64,000 nucleotides of DNA from a virus (IMGVR_UViG_3300037424_001220:3109-67108), one strand, 5' to 3'; positions 17,996 to 28,030 are shown, counted from the first letter of the stretch. Made by a program: numbers and translations. The notes: generated by a model not told the origin, from the sequence alone.

Positions 17996-18651
17996 GAGCG
18001 GTGGTCCTTGCCGCCGGCAACGGAGAACGATTCAAGTCCGTCTCTCCGCTGCCGAAGCCTTTCATTCCAATCCATCGCCCAGGTTATGGCACGGCGATGA
18101 TGATCGAGCACGTGCTGAACACCATCCCCTTCGGCATAGAGCGATACATGGCGGTGCCGGAGATGGCGATGCTCTACGCTCCTCTAGCCCGGTACATCCC
18201 TATTCGCGAGACGCGCAGTCCCGTTCACACGCTTCAGCAGGTGCTGGAACGAATGGAGGATGACTCGTCCCTTCTCCTGCTCGACTGCGACACCTTGGTC
18301 GACGAACGGGACCTCGACCGTCTGGTCTATCACGTCATGTACAACGGGTTCCCATGTGCGGTCGCCGTGACATCGGACGAGACGGACGAAAACATGAGCC
18401 GTGTCGACACGGTACCGCATCCAACGCGGTTCGTGGAGAAGCAGATGATCTCCAGATGGGGCATCGTCAGTGCCCGGGCGTTCAACAGCACGTCACGGCT
18501 CCGCCAGCTTCTTCAGTCCCAACCCGACGGCCCTCTCACTCCGCTGCTCGGCCTCTATGGTTCCTGCTACGCTTACATGATCCGGCGTCGTTGGGTGGAC
18601 TGGGGTACGCCAGAACGGCTCGTGGCATCGGGAGCGGAAGTGGCACGATGA
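17992..18651 (+). CDS. sugar-phosphate nucleotidyltransferase
   Basis: AVVLAAGNGERF...PKPFIPI; LLLDCD. Confidence 0.85.
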   Translation: MRAVVLAAGNGERFKSVSPLPKPFIPIHRPGYGTAMMIEHVLNTIPFGIERYMAVPEMAMLYAPLARYIPIRETRSPVHTLQQVLERMEDDSSLLLLDCDTLVDERDLDRLVYHVMYNGFPCAVAVTSDETDENMSRVDTVPHPTRFVEKQMISRWGIVSARAFNSTSRLRQLLQSQPDGPLTPLLGLYGSCYAYMIRRRWVDWGTPERLVASGAEVAR

Positions 18652-19655
18652 TCACTCTTCTCTACCAGAGCGCGTGGCCTCTAGGAGGTGGCACGTCTTT
18701 TACGGCGCATCTCTGTGCTACTTTTGCCACGAACTACGTTCCGTTCCGCGTGCTGCGTATCGCTGATCGAACCGAGCGTCGGCCTCGACAGCTAGCGGCG
18801 TACGGCTTTGAGTACCGGAACGTGGAACTCTCGGAGGTATTGCGTATCAACGATGGACCGATCCTGCATACGATCGGGGACCCGAAGCTGCCTGAAGAGA
18901 CCGCGAAGTCCCTAGCAGCCAAGTCGAACTTCTGGTCCACGTGCTTCGACTCCAACGAGCTGAAACTCTTCCCGCATTGGAAGTACTTCAATCGTAAGAG
19001 AGTGCTTCTCATCGGCGAGAGCAGCTTCGAGTACATGCCACTTGGCCACCTCGTGCCGATGCCGTACGTCAGACGTTATCCCGAGGAAACTGTATTGACG
19101 CCGCTTCCGCGTCGTTTCGGATGCAGCATCGCTCGCATCGGTAGCTCGAAGAACAGCGAGGTGCTGATGGAGGCCAATCAGCAACTGAGGGAGCAGAACC
19201 GTGAGATTGCGCTCCTCGGTCAGTGGGACCGGATGTGGCATTGGAGTAGGATCGCGAAGCGGTTCCCCGAGTACCCATACCCCGAGGCCACGGGTAAGGG
19301 TTACCCCAGACGGCTTGGCACGGCTCCGGAGATCTGTATCGATTACAGCCTGATGTTCGACATGTCGATCTTCGTGGCCGATGGAGGTCGTCCGCAGTAC
19401 TCCCTTCTCGAAGCGCTCGACGCCGGTGCGGTGCCGGTCATTACGCAGCAGTGGGCCAGCTACCCCGGTCCGTCGAAGGACTGGTCGATCGTCGTGAAGG
19501 CGAACCAGCAAGCGATTGTGGCTCGTTTCGGTGTACCCCGAGTCGTTGAGGACGAGGAGGTTCTTCTCAAGCGCCGTCTCGGTCAGACGTATCTTCGCTT
19601 CACACATGATTCGGCCAACGTGGCCCAAGAGTACGTAGACGTTCTCAACCGATAG
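18648..19655 (+). CDS. glycosyltransferase, GT-B fold-like
   Basis: N-terminal GGGTSFTAHL; C-terminal QYSLLEALDAGAVPVI. Confidence 0.65.
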   Translation: MITLLYQSAWPLGGGTSFTAHLCATFATNYVPFRVLRIADRTERRPRQLAAYGFEYRNVELSEVLRINDGPILHTIGDPKLPEETAKSLAAKSNFWSTCFDSNELKLFPHWKYFNRKRVLLIGESSFEYMPLGHLVPMPYVRRYPEETVLTPLPRRFGCSIARIGSSKNSEVLMEANQQLREQNREIALLGQWDRMWHWSRIAKRFPEYPYPEATGKGYPRRLGTAPEICIDYSLMFDMSIFVADGGRPQYSLLEALDAGAVPVITQQWASYPGPSKDWSIVVKANQQAIVARFGVPRVVEDEEVLLKRRLGQTYLRFTHDSANVAQEYVDVLNR

Positions 19656-19666
19656 GAGGGAAACCC

Positions 19667-20716
19667 GTGCGCGTGATCACTACCCGCAACGTTCAACAAG
19701 CTCTACCCCAGGCCGTTCGGCTGCTGGAGGAGGAAGGCATCTCCCGAAACAGCCGTAACGGCCCCGTGCTGGTCGCGCCGTGGCCAGTGACTACAGTGTA
19801 CGAGCGGCCGGAGGAGCGTGTCCTCTTCTGGCCACAGCGAGACGCTAACCCGGCGCTACATCTGTACGAGTCCTTGTGGATGCTGGCCGGACGCGAGGAT
19901 CTGGCTCCGCTGCTGAACTACGCGAAGCAGTTCGCCGAGTACTCAGACGACGGCCTTGCGCTCTGGGGAGCGTACGGGTACCGCTGGCGCGAGATGTTCC
20001 ATTGCGATCAGCTTTCCGTCATCGCGATGGAACTCCGTAAGAACCACGACGATCGTAGGTGTGTCATACAGATGTGGGACACCAGACTCGATCTTGCACG
20101 GCTCGGTCGTGACGTTCCATGCAACGTGATGGCGACGGTGCAGATCTCCGGAACCGGGGCGTTGGATCTCACGGTGTTCAACCGCTCCAATGACATCGTG
20201 TGGGGATGCTACGGTGCGAACGCCGTGCACTTCTCCTTTCTCCAGGAGTACCTCGCCCTTCTCGTCGGAGTTCCCATGGGCCGGTACACACAGGTCAGCG
20301 TCAACTGGCACGCCTATCTCAACACGTTCGAGCAGGTGCGGAAGATTCCCCACGGTGGAGGTAGGCTCTGGGATCCGAATTGGACCGAGAACGATCCTTA
20401 CGAGCAGAGGCTCGTACGGCATCTCTCGATGCGTTGTCTCGAGGATGAGATCACAGCTAACAGCGTGATCGACCATCTTCTAGCCGAAGAGGCACGTGGG
20501 TTCGATCGGCCGTATGAGCCCTATGATCGGTGGGACGATCTGGTTTACAGAGTCCTACACGCTCATCGTCTTTGGCGAACTCTACCCACGCCTGAGCGGT
20601 ACACCAGAGCACTGGCAGAGATGGAGGTCAACTCGATTCAGGGCTGGGATTGGACCTTGGCCATGCGCGAGTGGCTGACGCGGCGTTACACGAAGTGGCA
20701 GGAGAAGCAGTCATGA
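19667..20716 (+). CDS. thymidylate synthase-family enzyme, probable dUMP hydroxymethylase
   Basis: ESLWMLAG, YGYRW, DVPCN, RSND, GANAVHFS (Asn at the dUMP-specificity position), NWHAY. Confidence 0.85.
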   Translation: MRVITTRNVQQALPQAVRLLEEEGISRNSRNGPVLVAPWPVTTVYERPEERVLFWPQRDANPALHLYESLWMLAGREDLAPLLNYAKQFAEYSDDGLALWGAYGYRWREMFHCDQLSVIAMELRKNHDDRRCVIQMWDTRLDLARLGRDVPCNVMATVQISGTGALDLTVFNRSNDIVWGCYGANAVHFSFLQEYLALLVGVPMGRYTQVSVNWHAYLNTFEQVRKIPHGGGRLWDPNWTENDPYEQRLVRHLSMRCLEDEITANSVIDHLLAEEARGFDRPYEPYDRWDDLVYRVLHAHRLWRTLPTPERYTRALAEMEVNSIQGWDWTLAMREWLTRRYTKWQEKQS

Positions 20717-21177
20717 GTTGTAGTCGGTGCAACCAGCCGCACGCAGGCTCCTGCGACCCCAAGGACATCATGCGTCTGGACGCAGCGCGACGCGAGGTCA
20801 GAGAAGCCGTCAATCACCCATCGCACTACGGTGGCGATACTCCCTTCGAGCACGTCAAGGTCGCCGGGGAGATGGGGTGGGTGGCGAACGCGTTCATCTA
20901 CAACGCGACCAAGTACCTCTGGCGTCTCGGCAAGAAGGGTAAGCGGCTCGAAGATCTGCGCAAGGCAATCTGGTATCTCCAGCGCGAGGAGCAGCGACTC
21001 GCGTTCATCGAGGCTCTGGAGAAGAGCCCACTCCTGAACTCCAACGTCATCAGCAATGACGATGCTGCGTTCCTCGCTCGCCGCGATCGTCGCGAGGCGA
21101 CGTGCCTGGAGTTGGGCTGCGACACCATTAGCACTCCAGCAACCCACTCCGTCTACTGTCGGTTTTACGCGCCATGA
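20713..21177 (+). CDS. DUF3310 domain protein
   Basis: VNHPSHY...NATKYLWRLGKKG...EDLRKAIWYL. Confidence 0.85.
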   Translation: MSCSRCNQPHAGSCDPKDIMRLDAARREVREAVNHPSHYGGDTPFEHVKVAGEMGWVANAFIYNATKYLWRLGKKGKRLEDLRKAIWYLQREEQRLAFIEALEKSPLLNSNVISNDDAAFLARRDRREATCLELGCDTISTPATHSVYCRFYAP

Positions 21178-21339
21178 TGGAGTACGATTGCGGCTATCTG
21201 GTCGTTGGACTCGATGGAGCGCTCTACTACTTAGAGCACGTGCGCATGGTCTGGACGATCTTCAAGGCCGAGTTGGGGGGATTGAGGTGGTCGCAAACAT
21301 TCAGGAACCGTGGGACAAGGTGAAGAGAGAAGGTCGGAT

Positions 21340-21711
21340 GTGAACGAAGCATCGGTCACAAGCGTTCTCCTGAGTGTCCTACGTCATAGGCTCCCCGGAT
21401 TCGTCGTCCTCAAGCACAACGACGCCAAGACCGCAGGCATCCCGGACATCTCGGTCACTGGACGCGGCCTTACCACGTGGCTCGAGATCAAAGTCGGAGA
21501 GACGATCGAGAGTCGTATGATGCAGCAGATCATGCTCCAGCGCTTGTTCGTCGCTAGCCGTGGCGGTGCCTTCTACGTGCTCTATCGCAGCGACGGCGTA
21601 GTCATCTCACAACCAACTTTCCGCGACGTGTCACCTAGCATCACAGTTAGTCAGACACGCATGGACCATCAGTTCGTTCTTCAGTTCCTAATCGCGAGGC
21701 ATCGATGCTGA
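21340..21711 (+). CDS. PD-(D/E)xK nuclease (VRR-NUC/resolvase-like)
   Basis: AGIPDISV...WLEIK. Confidence 0.75.
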   Translation: MNEASVTSVLLSVLRHRLPGFVVLKHNDAKTAGIPDISVTGRGLTTWLEIKVGETIESRMMQQIMLQRLFVASRGGAFYVLYRSDGVVISQPTFRDVSPSITVSQTRMDHQFVLQFLIARHRC

Positions 21712-22472
21712 ATCTGACAAGACCACTGGTCATCCTCGACGTGGAGACCACAGGCACCCATCCCCAGGTGGATCGTGTGGTTCAGGTTGGGCTCGTGAAG
21801 ATTTACCCTGACGGACGCGAGGTGCCCTGGAAAACGCTGATCAACCCGTGCATACCCATTCCTCCTGAGGTCACCGTGGGCTGCCACGGCATCAGTGACG
21901 CGGATGTGGTTGACGCACCACGGTTCAAAGAGATCGCGCCCGTGCTCGCCGGTGGCATCAAGGATAGCGACGTTGGTGGTTTCAACGTCATGTTCGATCT
22001 TCAGTTCCTACGCGAGGAGTTTCGACGCGTCGGTGGACGCACTGTTCTTGATCATGTCAGGGTGGTCGACGTGTTCCGCATCTACAAGCAGAAACATCCT
22101 CGCAGTCTCGGCGACGCGGTGCGAGAATATCTTGGGCATGATCTCGAAGGAGCCCACGACGCTCTCGTCGACGCACAGGCTACCGTCGCCGTGCTGAAGG
22201 CGCAGCTAGAACGGCATCCGGATCTGCCGACCACGGTGGACGAGATGCACAAGGTGTTCTTCGAGACGCCGGCTGACGGCTTCCTTGACGCTGATGGGAA
22301 GCTGGCTTGGCGTTACGGACGTGCCACCATCAACTTCGGCAAGAATGCCACGATGCCACTCGAGTTCGCGGATCCGGGGTACCTTCGTTGGATTCTCAAC
22401 GGGGACTTCTCCGATAGTGTCAAGCGCATCGTTCGTGCGGCGTTGAACGGTCAGTTTCCAAGAAAGGGTTAG
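21705..22472 (+). CDS. DnaQ-like 3'-5' exonuclease
   Basis: ILDVETTG, GFNVMFD, AHDALVD (DEDDh); C-terminal INFGK...DPGYLRW. Confidence 0.9.
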   Translation: MLNLTRPLVILDVETTGTHPQVDRVVQVGLVKIYPDGREVPWKTLINPCIPIPPEVTVGCHGISDADVVDAPRFKEIAPVLAGGIKDSDVGGFNVMFDLQFLREEFRRVGGRTVLDHVRVVDVFRIYKQKHPRSLGDAVREYLGHDLEGAHDALVDAQATVAVLKAQLERHPDLPTTVDEMHKVFFETPADGFLDADGKLAWRYGRATINFGKNATMPLEFADPGYLRWILNGDFSDSVKRIVRAALNGQFPRKG

Positions 22473-22661
22473 TCACGATGCTTCGAACGGTCTGTCGCAT
22501 CTGTAACAAGGAGCGTTGGGCGCAGGGACGCGGCGTTCCCAAGGAGAACGTCTGCAAGCGATGTCGCAACGAGAAGCCGGTAAGGACGAAACTGCGCATG
22601 AAACGGATGAAGAAGCTGCCGCCAGCGCTTCCGCCTCCGCCGTCCAAGAAGAGGTCTCGTC

Positions 22662-22952
22662 ATGACCGGGGCTAGGGGCCGCGAGCACCGCTGCCAGGAG
22701 GCATCGCCGCTCTCACGTGGATCCTATATCGCGTGCAACGCTCCGGCCGTCACCGTGATCGACAACGGCGACCCACAGCCCTACTGGATGTGCGCTGCCT
22801 GCGCCGACCACAACGTCAGGAACCGAGGTGCGGTGCGGTTCGTGCCAGCGACGATGGCTGAGACTGAAGCTGATTGCTCCGAGACTGAAGCTGATCGCGC
22901 CGAAGAGCGGGAGCTTGCTGAGCACAACGAGTGGAAGGCTAGCAAACGATGA
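22662..22952 (+). CDS. hypothetical Cys-rich protein
   Basis: Overlapping start/stop chain; CxxC motif. Confidence 0.45.
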   Translation: MTGARGREHRCQEASPLSRGSYIACNAPAVTVIDNGDPQPYWMCAACADHNVRNRGAVRFVPATMAETEADCSETEADRAEERELAEHNEWKASKR

Positions 22953-23188
22953 GCACCAAGCGCGAAGGCATCCCCGAGTACGAGAAGGCCGACCTCGATG
23001 AGCCACTCTTTGTCCTACGGGCTCAGGACGTGATCGCCCCGATCATCGTTGAACTCTACGCTGTCCACCTTGCCGGACGACGCGGCCAGGGTGGTCAGGT
23101 CAACCAAGCGAAGGTTGAATCGGTGCGTAAGGCGGCGAGAGCGATGCGCGTCTGGCAAGAATCGCATCCAACGAAGGTGCCCGACTGA
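22949..23188 (+). CDS. hypothetical protein
   Basis: EPLFVLRAQD motif typical of small phage proteins; coupled start/stop. Confidence 0.6.
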   Translation: MSTKREGIPEYEKADLDEPLFVLRAQDVIAPIIVELYAVHLAGRRGQGGQVNQAKVESVRKAARAMRVWQESHPTKVPD

Positions 23189-23376
23189 TGGCCATGCTGA
23201 TCCTCTCGGACAACTACTGTCGGGACACCGTGGACGATAAGCTCATCATCAAGAATCTCACGCCTACTGAGGCGGAGAGTGCAGCGGACCACCTCAACAG
23301 TCTCGAGGACGGCGACGGCCCTTACTTCTATCGCGTCGTCGATGATGATTACACCCTCCACAAGTGGGAGCCATGA
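23188..23376 (+). CDS. hypothetical protein
   Basis: 62 aa; coupled start/stop. Confidence 0.55.
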   Translation: MAMLILSDNYCRDTVDDKLIIKNLTPTEAESAADHLNSLEDGDGPYFYRVVDDDYTLHKWEP

Positions 23377-23521
23377 TGAAGTGGTATCAGTGCTGGCCGA
23401 AGCGCAGTGCGTGGGAGATGACGTCCGAGGAGATCCGAGAAGGATGGGATCGCCTCGGACAGCGGCTGACCCTAGTCCTTTTGGTTCTGACGATCATCCT
23501 ATCCGCTGTCGGGTGGCTTCG

Positions 23522-23845
23522 ATGAGGCCTGAGCCTCTGCTCATCGAGACAATGCATCCAGTCGTCCGGGACTACATCCTTTGGGCGCTCGCGACGTTTC
23601 CCGACGAGACCCTGGAGCAACAAGCCATCCATCTCGTCAAAGAGACGCGAGAGCTTTGCGCCGACTCCACGCCCGAGGAGATGGCTGACGTGGCGATGCT
23701 CTCACTGCTGATCTTCTTCCGCACACAGAAACTCGCCCAGCGTCGCGGGGTCAACCTGCAAGAAGCCTTCGCCAAGAAGCTCGCCGTCAACAAGAAGCGT
23801 ACCTGGATCCGCTCCAAGGACGGAGACTACAACCATGAGCGATGA
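23522..23845 (+). CDS. MazG-like dATP/dGTP pyrophosphohydrolase (DUF550-like)
   Basis: HLVKE..E...EEMADV...KKLAVNKKRTW...DGDYNH. Confidence 0.7.
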   Translation: MRPEPLLIETMHPVVRDYILWALATFPDETLEQQAIHLVKETRELCADSTPEEMADVAMLSLLIFFRTQKLAQRRGVNLQEAFAKKLAVNKKRTWIRSKDGDYNHER

Positions 23846-24112
23846 CACCGCTCTTTTCATCGTGACACTGATCACTCTCATCGTCGGTGGGATCGCCGGC
23901 GCGAGATCAAGGAGGGTATCGTGAGAGGCAGCCGCGTCAAGCACCTTCGCGCTTGGTACAAGCGCACCACCGGAAAAGCACCGGGCAGATCGACCTACGT
24001 CCGTGAGATCCGTAACCGTCTCACGCGGCTCGTTACCGGGTACGAGTTCATCCCATCGCAGTGGCGGCGTCTGAAGAAGGCGTACCGGCGAGGACTCCTC
24101 AAGAGCTATCGA

Positions 24113-24435
24113 TGACCACCGCAAAGCTACGATTTCAGGCAGCCGTTGTACGTGTCGTGCGCCGTGGCCTCTACCCGGGGCCGCTCACCATCCTCAAGGA
24201 GAAGCAGCCCGGTAGCACACGACACTGCCTGAGTGCACGCGAGATTGCGTGGCGTAAGGAGACGCTCCTTGTTCTCGGTTGGAAGCGCCATCCTCGTGTA
24301 GTGGAATACGAAGCGGCGGTCAAGAAGTTCAACGACGAGTTTGACAGGGGTGATTGGAAAGAGACACGGCTCCTGATGAACACCGTTCGCAACCTGAAGG
24401 ACGGTCTCCCGAGATACCGATGGATGAAGCCATGA
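24113..24435 (+). CDS. hypothetical protein
   Basis: ATG at 24113 overlapping the previous stop; basic protein. Confidence 0.45.
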
Positions 24436-24610
24436 CGAAGCCGGTGACCGAGATTCACATCACACTGTACAAGGACATCTACTACATTCAATGTCCCAAG
24501 TGCCGATGGAGCCGGGGCTTCGGTACTCAGAGAGGAGCCGTGCAACATCTTACCGAACACTGCCTTCGCGTTCATCGGGTTCAGCTCTTTCTACCTCGCA
24601 TGGTGGCACC

Positions 24611-26365
24611 ATGACTTGGATCGAGCGGTCGCGACGTACACCGTATGCGCATCAGATCGTAGGAGTAGACTGGCTCGTCGATCTCGTTCGTCCCGAGGAG
24701 GGTCGCGTACTGCCCGGGGGCCTCCTCGTGGCGGATGAGATGCGCCTTGGCAAGACGAAGCAGGTCATCGACGCGGCGCAGGTTCTCTTCGAGCGGGACG
24801 AGATCGACACAGTCATCGTGGTGGCACCGAACTCGGTTCGTGACGTGTGGTACGATCCGGAGATGGGCGAGATCGTCAAGCACTCATGGATGGGCGCTCA
24901 AGCCGAAGTGACCGAGTATCATCAGAAGTGCCGAACGTGGTTGTGGACGCGGAACGGCGGCCCCGAAAGTAAGCGGACACTAAAGTGGCTGATCACGAAC
25001 TTTGATTTCATCCGCTCCCGCGTCAAGCGTATAGGCCGTGGATGGACCGGCCCACGGCTGGCTCCGCTACTTGCCACAGCCAACAAGAAGACGCTCCTCG
25101 TGATCGACGAGTCCTCAGCCGTGTCCAACTACCGCTCCTTGCAGACACGATCCATCCTTGCTTTGCGTCGACGGTGCGGACGCGTGTGGTTGCTGAACGG
25201 GACGCCCATGTCGGAATCGCTCGAGGACTACTATTCCCAAGCGCTCATCCTCGATCCACGCATCCTCGCTTGCTCTGGCAAGACCGAGTTCATGGCCCGA
25301 TACGCCGTCTATGGTCAGGTGGTCGCTCAGGTACAGACCAAGTGGGGGAAGCAAGAGATCAGATCCGTGGCCGGATGGAAGCACGCGCAACGGCCCGGGT
25401 GCTGCGAGGGAGTGCCGCCGTCGCTGCAACAGCAGATGCATGCATGGGACGGCATCGGTGACCTTCAGCAACGTCTCGCTCCATACGTGCTCCGTCGCGA
25501 GCGGAAGGATTGCATGGATCTACCGCCGAAGCTCGATCCGGTGATCCTTCGCGTCACTCTCTCGGACGAGAGCTGGCGCGTGTACAAGGAGCTCCGTGAC
25601 GAGTTCGCCGCGTGGCTGGGATCCAACACCGTTGTCCCAGCGGCTCAGGCTGGAGTGCGGGTTATGCGGCTTGCCCAGGTTTGCGGCGGATACGTGGGAG
25701 GCCTAGAGAGCCTCCTGGCTGCCGAGCCCTGCCCAGCATGCTCGGGTGCGGGGCAGGACTCCTCTGGGACCGGATGCGCTCGGTGCGCTGGGCTGGGTAT
25801 AGTGGCACCCCAGGGTGCCAAAACGCCGTCAACGCTGGAACTGGGCCGGGAGAAGCTGGACGTACTGATGGAGCACCTGGAAGGTCGACTACGAGAGGAT
25901 CCAAACGTTCGCGTTCTCATCTGGTGTCGCTTCCGCGCCGAGATGGATCGTCTCACGAAGGAGCTCTGCTCCTCGCTGATTCCACGAACCGTCTCCATTC
26001 ACGGAGGCCAAACACGAGAGGAGCGACAGGAGGCTCTTCGCGTCATGCACCCGGATGCGCCAGCATTCAAGGGACCGGCGGCGCTCACCGGAACGTTGGG
26101 CACCGGTAGCATGGGACTGAACCTTGCCGGGGCACACGAGGTGATTTACTACTCGAACGGATGGAGCTTGAAGCAACGGCTCCAATCAGAGGATCGGCCT
26201 GTCGGCCCCGGACAGACACATCCGGTGAGTTACCACGATCTCGTGGCCTGTGGTCCTCGAGGACAACGCACCGTCGAGCATGAAGTGGTGGCGGCGTTGC
26301 GGGCAAAGGAAGACCTAGCACGCTGGTCACGCGAGAAGTGGATCAGGATCTTGAAGGAGGAGTGA
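24611..26365 (+). CDS. SNF2-family helicase
   Basis: YAHQ, ADEMRLGKT, VIDES, LNGTP, IHGG, GSMGLNL, QSEDR motifs. Confidence 0.92.
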   Translation: MTWIERSRRTPYAHQIVGVDWLVDLVRPEEGRVLPGGLLVADEMRLGKTKQVIDAAQVLFERDEIDTVIVVAPNSVRDVWYDPEMGEIVKHSWMGAQAEVTEYHQKCRTWLWTRNGGPESKRTLKWLITNFDFIRSRVKRIGRGWTGPRLAPLLATANKKTLLVIDESSAVSNYRSLQTRSILALRRRCGRVWLLNGTPMSESLEDYYSQALILDPRILACSGKTEFMARYAVYGQVVAQVQTKWGKQEIRSVAGWKHAQRPGCCEGVPPSLQQQMHAWDGIGDLQQRLAPYVLRRERKDCMDLPPKLDPVILRVTLSDESWRVYKELRDEFAAWLGSNTVVPAAQAGVRVMRLAQVCGGYVGGLESLLAAEPCPACSGAGQDSSGTGCARCAGLGIVAPQGAKTPSTLELGREKLDVLMEHLEGRLREDPNVRVLIWCRFRAEMDRLTKELCSSLIPRTVSIHGGQTREERQEALRVMHPDAPAFKGPAALTGTLGTGSMGLNLAGAHEVIYYSNGWSLKQRLQSEDRPVGPGQTHPVSYHDLVACGPRGQRTVEHEVVAALRAKEDLARWSREKWIRILKEE

Positions 26366-26915
26366 TTTTGGGCACTCTATGGTTCGTTGCCGTACTCGTT
26401 TCGTTGCCGTTGGCTCGTTGGTTCTTCGGCTGGCTCAACAAGCCCAAGGACCTGTACATCGATCTCCGACGCATCAACGACGAGGACCGTGCCGCCCACC
26501 GCAAGGAGCTGTACGGTGACATCGAGTACCGCAACCGTGTCAAGAAGCGCATGCTCGAAGGTCTAACGATGGACCAGATGGCCCCACTCTATCTCGTGCC
26601 TAAGAAGGCTGAGATTGAGACCAAGTCCAAAAGGAAGACTCGTCGTCGCAACGTGCTCCCGATGACCAAGACGGGTGCGCTGCTGCTCGTCATCGCCATC
26701 ATAGGGTGCAATCAGCTACCGCCTCCGTCCATGCGACTCGTCGTCGAAAGAGTACTCGGGGCGTCCCGCATAATACTCATCGCCGAGGACGGAGCGCAGT
26801 GTCGCAGCGACGACTATCTCAATGCCGAGATGATCTGGAGAGCCGAGATCGGCAAGAAGTTCGAGTGCCACTGGCACCCGAAGTCAGCGCCTCTGCTCCC
26901 GGAGAGGCTCCGACC

Positions 26916-27185
26916 ATGAGCTGGAAGGCACCGCGTACCTGGGTTGCCGGTGGCGAAACGGTGACGAGAGCCAAGATCAACAAGAACATCGAAGATAACC
27001 TTCCTCCAATTGAGCATTGCACCCACTCCGACGGATACTACTACGGTCCTCCACCCGAGCCTCCAGCACCCGAGGTTCCCATCACGGCGGCTCTTCTCGG
27101 AGCGGCGGCGATGGCCGTCGATCTCAAGAAGCCCGTCCAACGACGATCGCTGCTCTTCCCGTGGCTGAGGAGGAACAAGGAATGA
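26916..27185 (+). CDS. small protein sharing the N-terminal module of the tail proteins at 62445 and 62726
   Basis: MSWKAPRTWVAGGETVTRAKINKNIEDNL versus MAWTAPRTWVDGEIVTAAMMNAHVRDNM; ATGA coupling. Confidence 0.6.
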   Translation: MSWKAPRTWVAGGETVTRAKINKNIEDNLPPIEHCTHSDGYYYGPPPEPPAPEVPITAALLGAAAMAVDLKKPVQRRSLLFPWLRRNKE

Positions 27186-27421
27186 TCTACGTTTTGGCGG
27201 GCAACGTCTCAGAGGCTTACCGCATCATGCAGGTCGATGCCAACATGCAACCACATGAATTCGTTGTCCTCCGCGATCCCCAGGAGCTTCGAGGTCTCAG
27301 AAACGCCACGGTCTACATCGTTGGTAGCGGCGAGGGCCGACGGGATCTAGAGGAGTGGAAATACCTCTTCCGACAACGGAGGTTCACCATTTACTACGGC
27401 GTTCCCGAGAGGAGAGCATGA
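27182..27421 (+). CDS. hypothetical protein
   Basis: MIYVLAGNVSEA; GAGG site; coupled start/stop. Confidence 0.55.
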   Translation: MIYVLAGNVSEAYRIMQVDANMQPHEFVVLRDPQELRGLRNATVYIVGSGEGRRDLEEWKYLFRQRRFTIYYGVPERRA

Positions 27422-27918
27422 TGGAGCGACGCAGCTTCCTGAAGCTTCTCGGGTTCGTCTCGGGCGGTGCCCTGCTCTCGGTGCCCGCCGTTGCCGAGGT
27501 CGAGCGTCTGGTCCTATCACCGGCCCTCGGGGCGACCTCACTAATGCCCCACGCGGACTTCTCCTTTCTGGTATCGGGAGTCGACATCGGCCCGTGGATC
27601 AACGACATCGTCATGCCCCGCGTCGATTACGAGCACATTGAAGTGACGTCCTTCGATGACGAGGAACGCCGCTTCATCCCGTCGCTGCGGCGCATGTCGG
27701 AACTCGACCTCGTATTCAAGGACCTCCCCCAGAACCGCTTCGAGCACCTTAGCGCTCTCCTCAACAAGCTCGACACGGTCGACTACAAACTGGTCCACCA
27801 CCTCTCGGGCTGGCGCTGGAGTGGACGCGCCTACATCAAGAGCCTCCTGTACAGCACCGACCAGCAAGTCTCGTGTACCTTCCAACCGACGGGACCGGCG
27901 GAGCTGATGACGATATGA
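27418..27918 (+). CDS. tail tube protein paralog with an N-terminal twin-arginine (Tat) signal
   Basis: MMERRSFLKLLGFVSGGALLSVPAVA, then a domain alignable by eye to the major tail protein at 55909. Confidence 0.65.
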   Translation: MMERRSFLKLLGFVSGGALLSVPAVAEVERLVLSPALGATSLMPHADFSFLVSGVDIGPWINDIVMPRVDYEHIEVTSFDDEERRFIPSLRRMSELDLVFKDLPQNRFEHLSALLNKLDTVDYKLVHHLSGWRWSGRAYIKSLLYSTDQQVSCTFQPTGPAELMTI

Positions 27919-28030
27919 GCTTTCTGATCGCGCTGCTTCTACTCGTGGCTTGCTGGTTCAAGCCCCTCTTCGTTATCGCCCTGTGCGCCGCGTGCTCGAC
28001 GATCCTCTTTTGGGAGAAGGTACAGAAGCG

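Noticed and set aside
23522-23845. dATP/dGTP pyrophosphohydrolase as a sign of a 7-deazaguanine or 2-aminoadenine genome
   Set aside because: No PurZ, QueC/D/E, FolE or DpdA homologs were recognised in the window; the radical SAM at 47932 lacks QueE features
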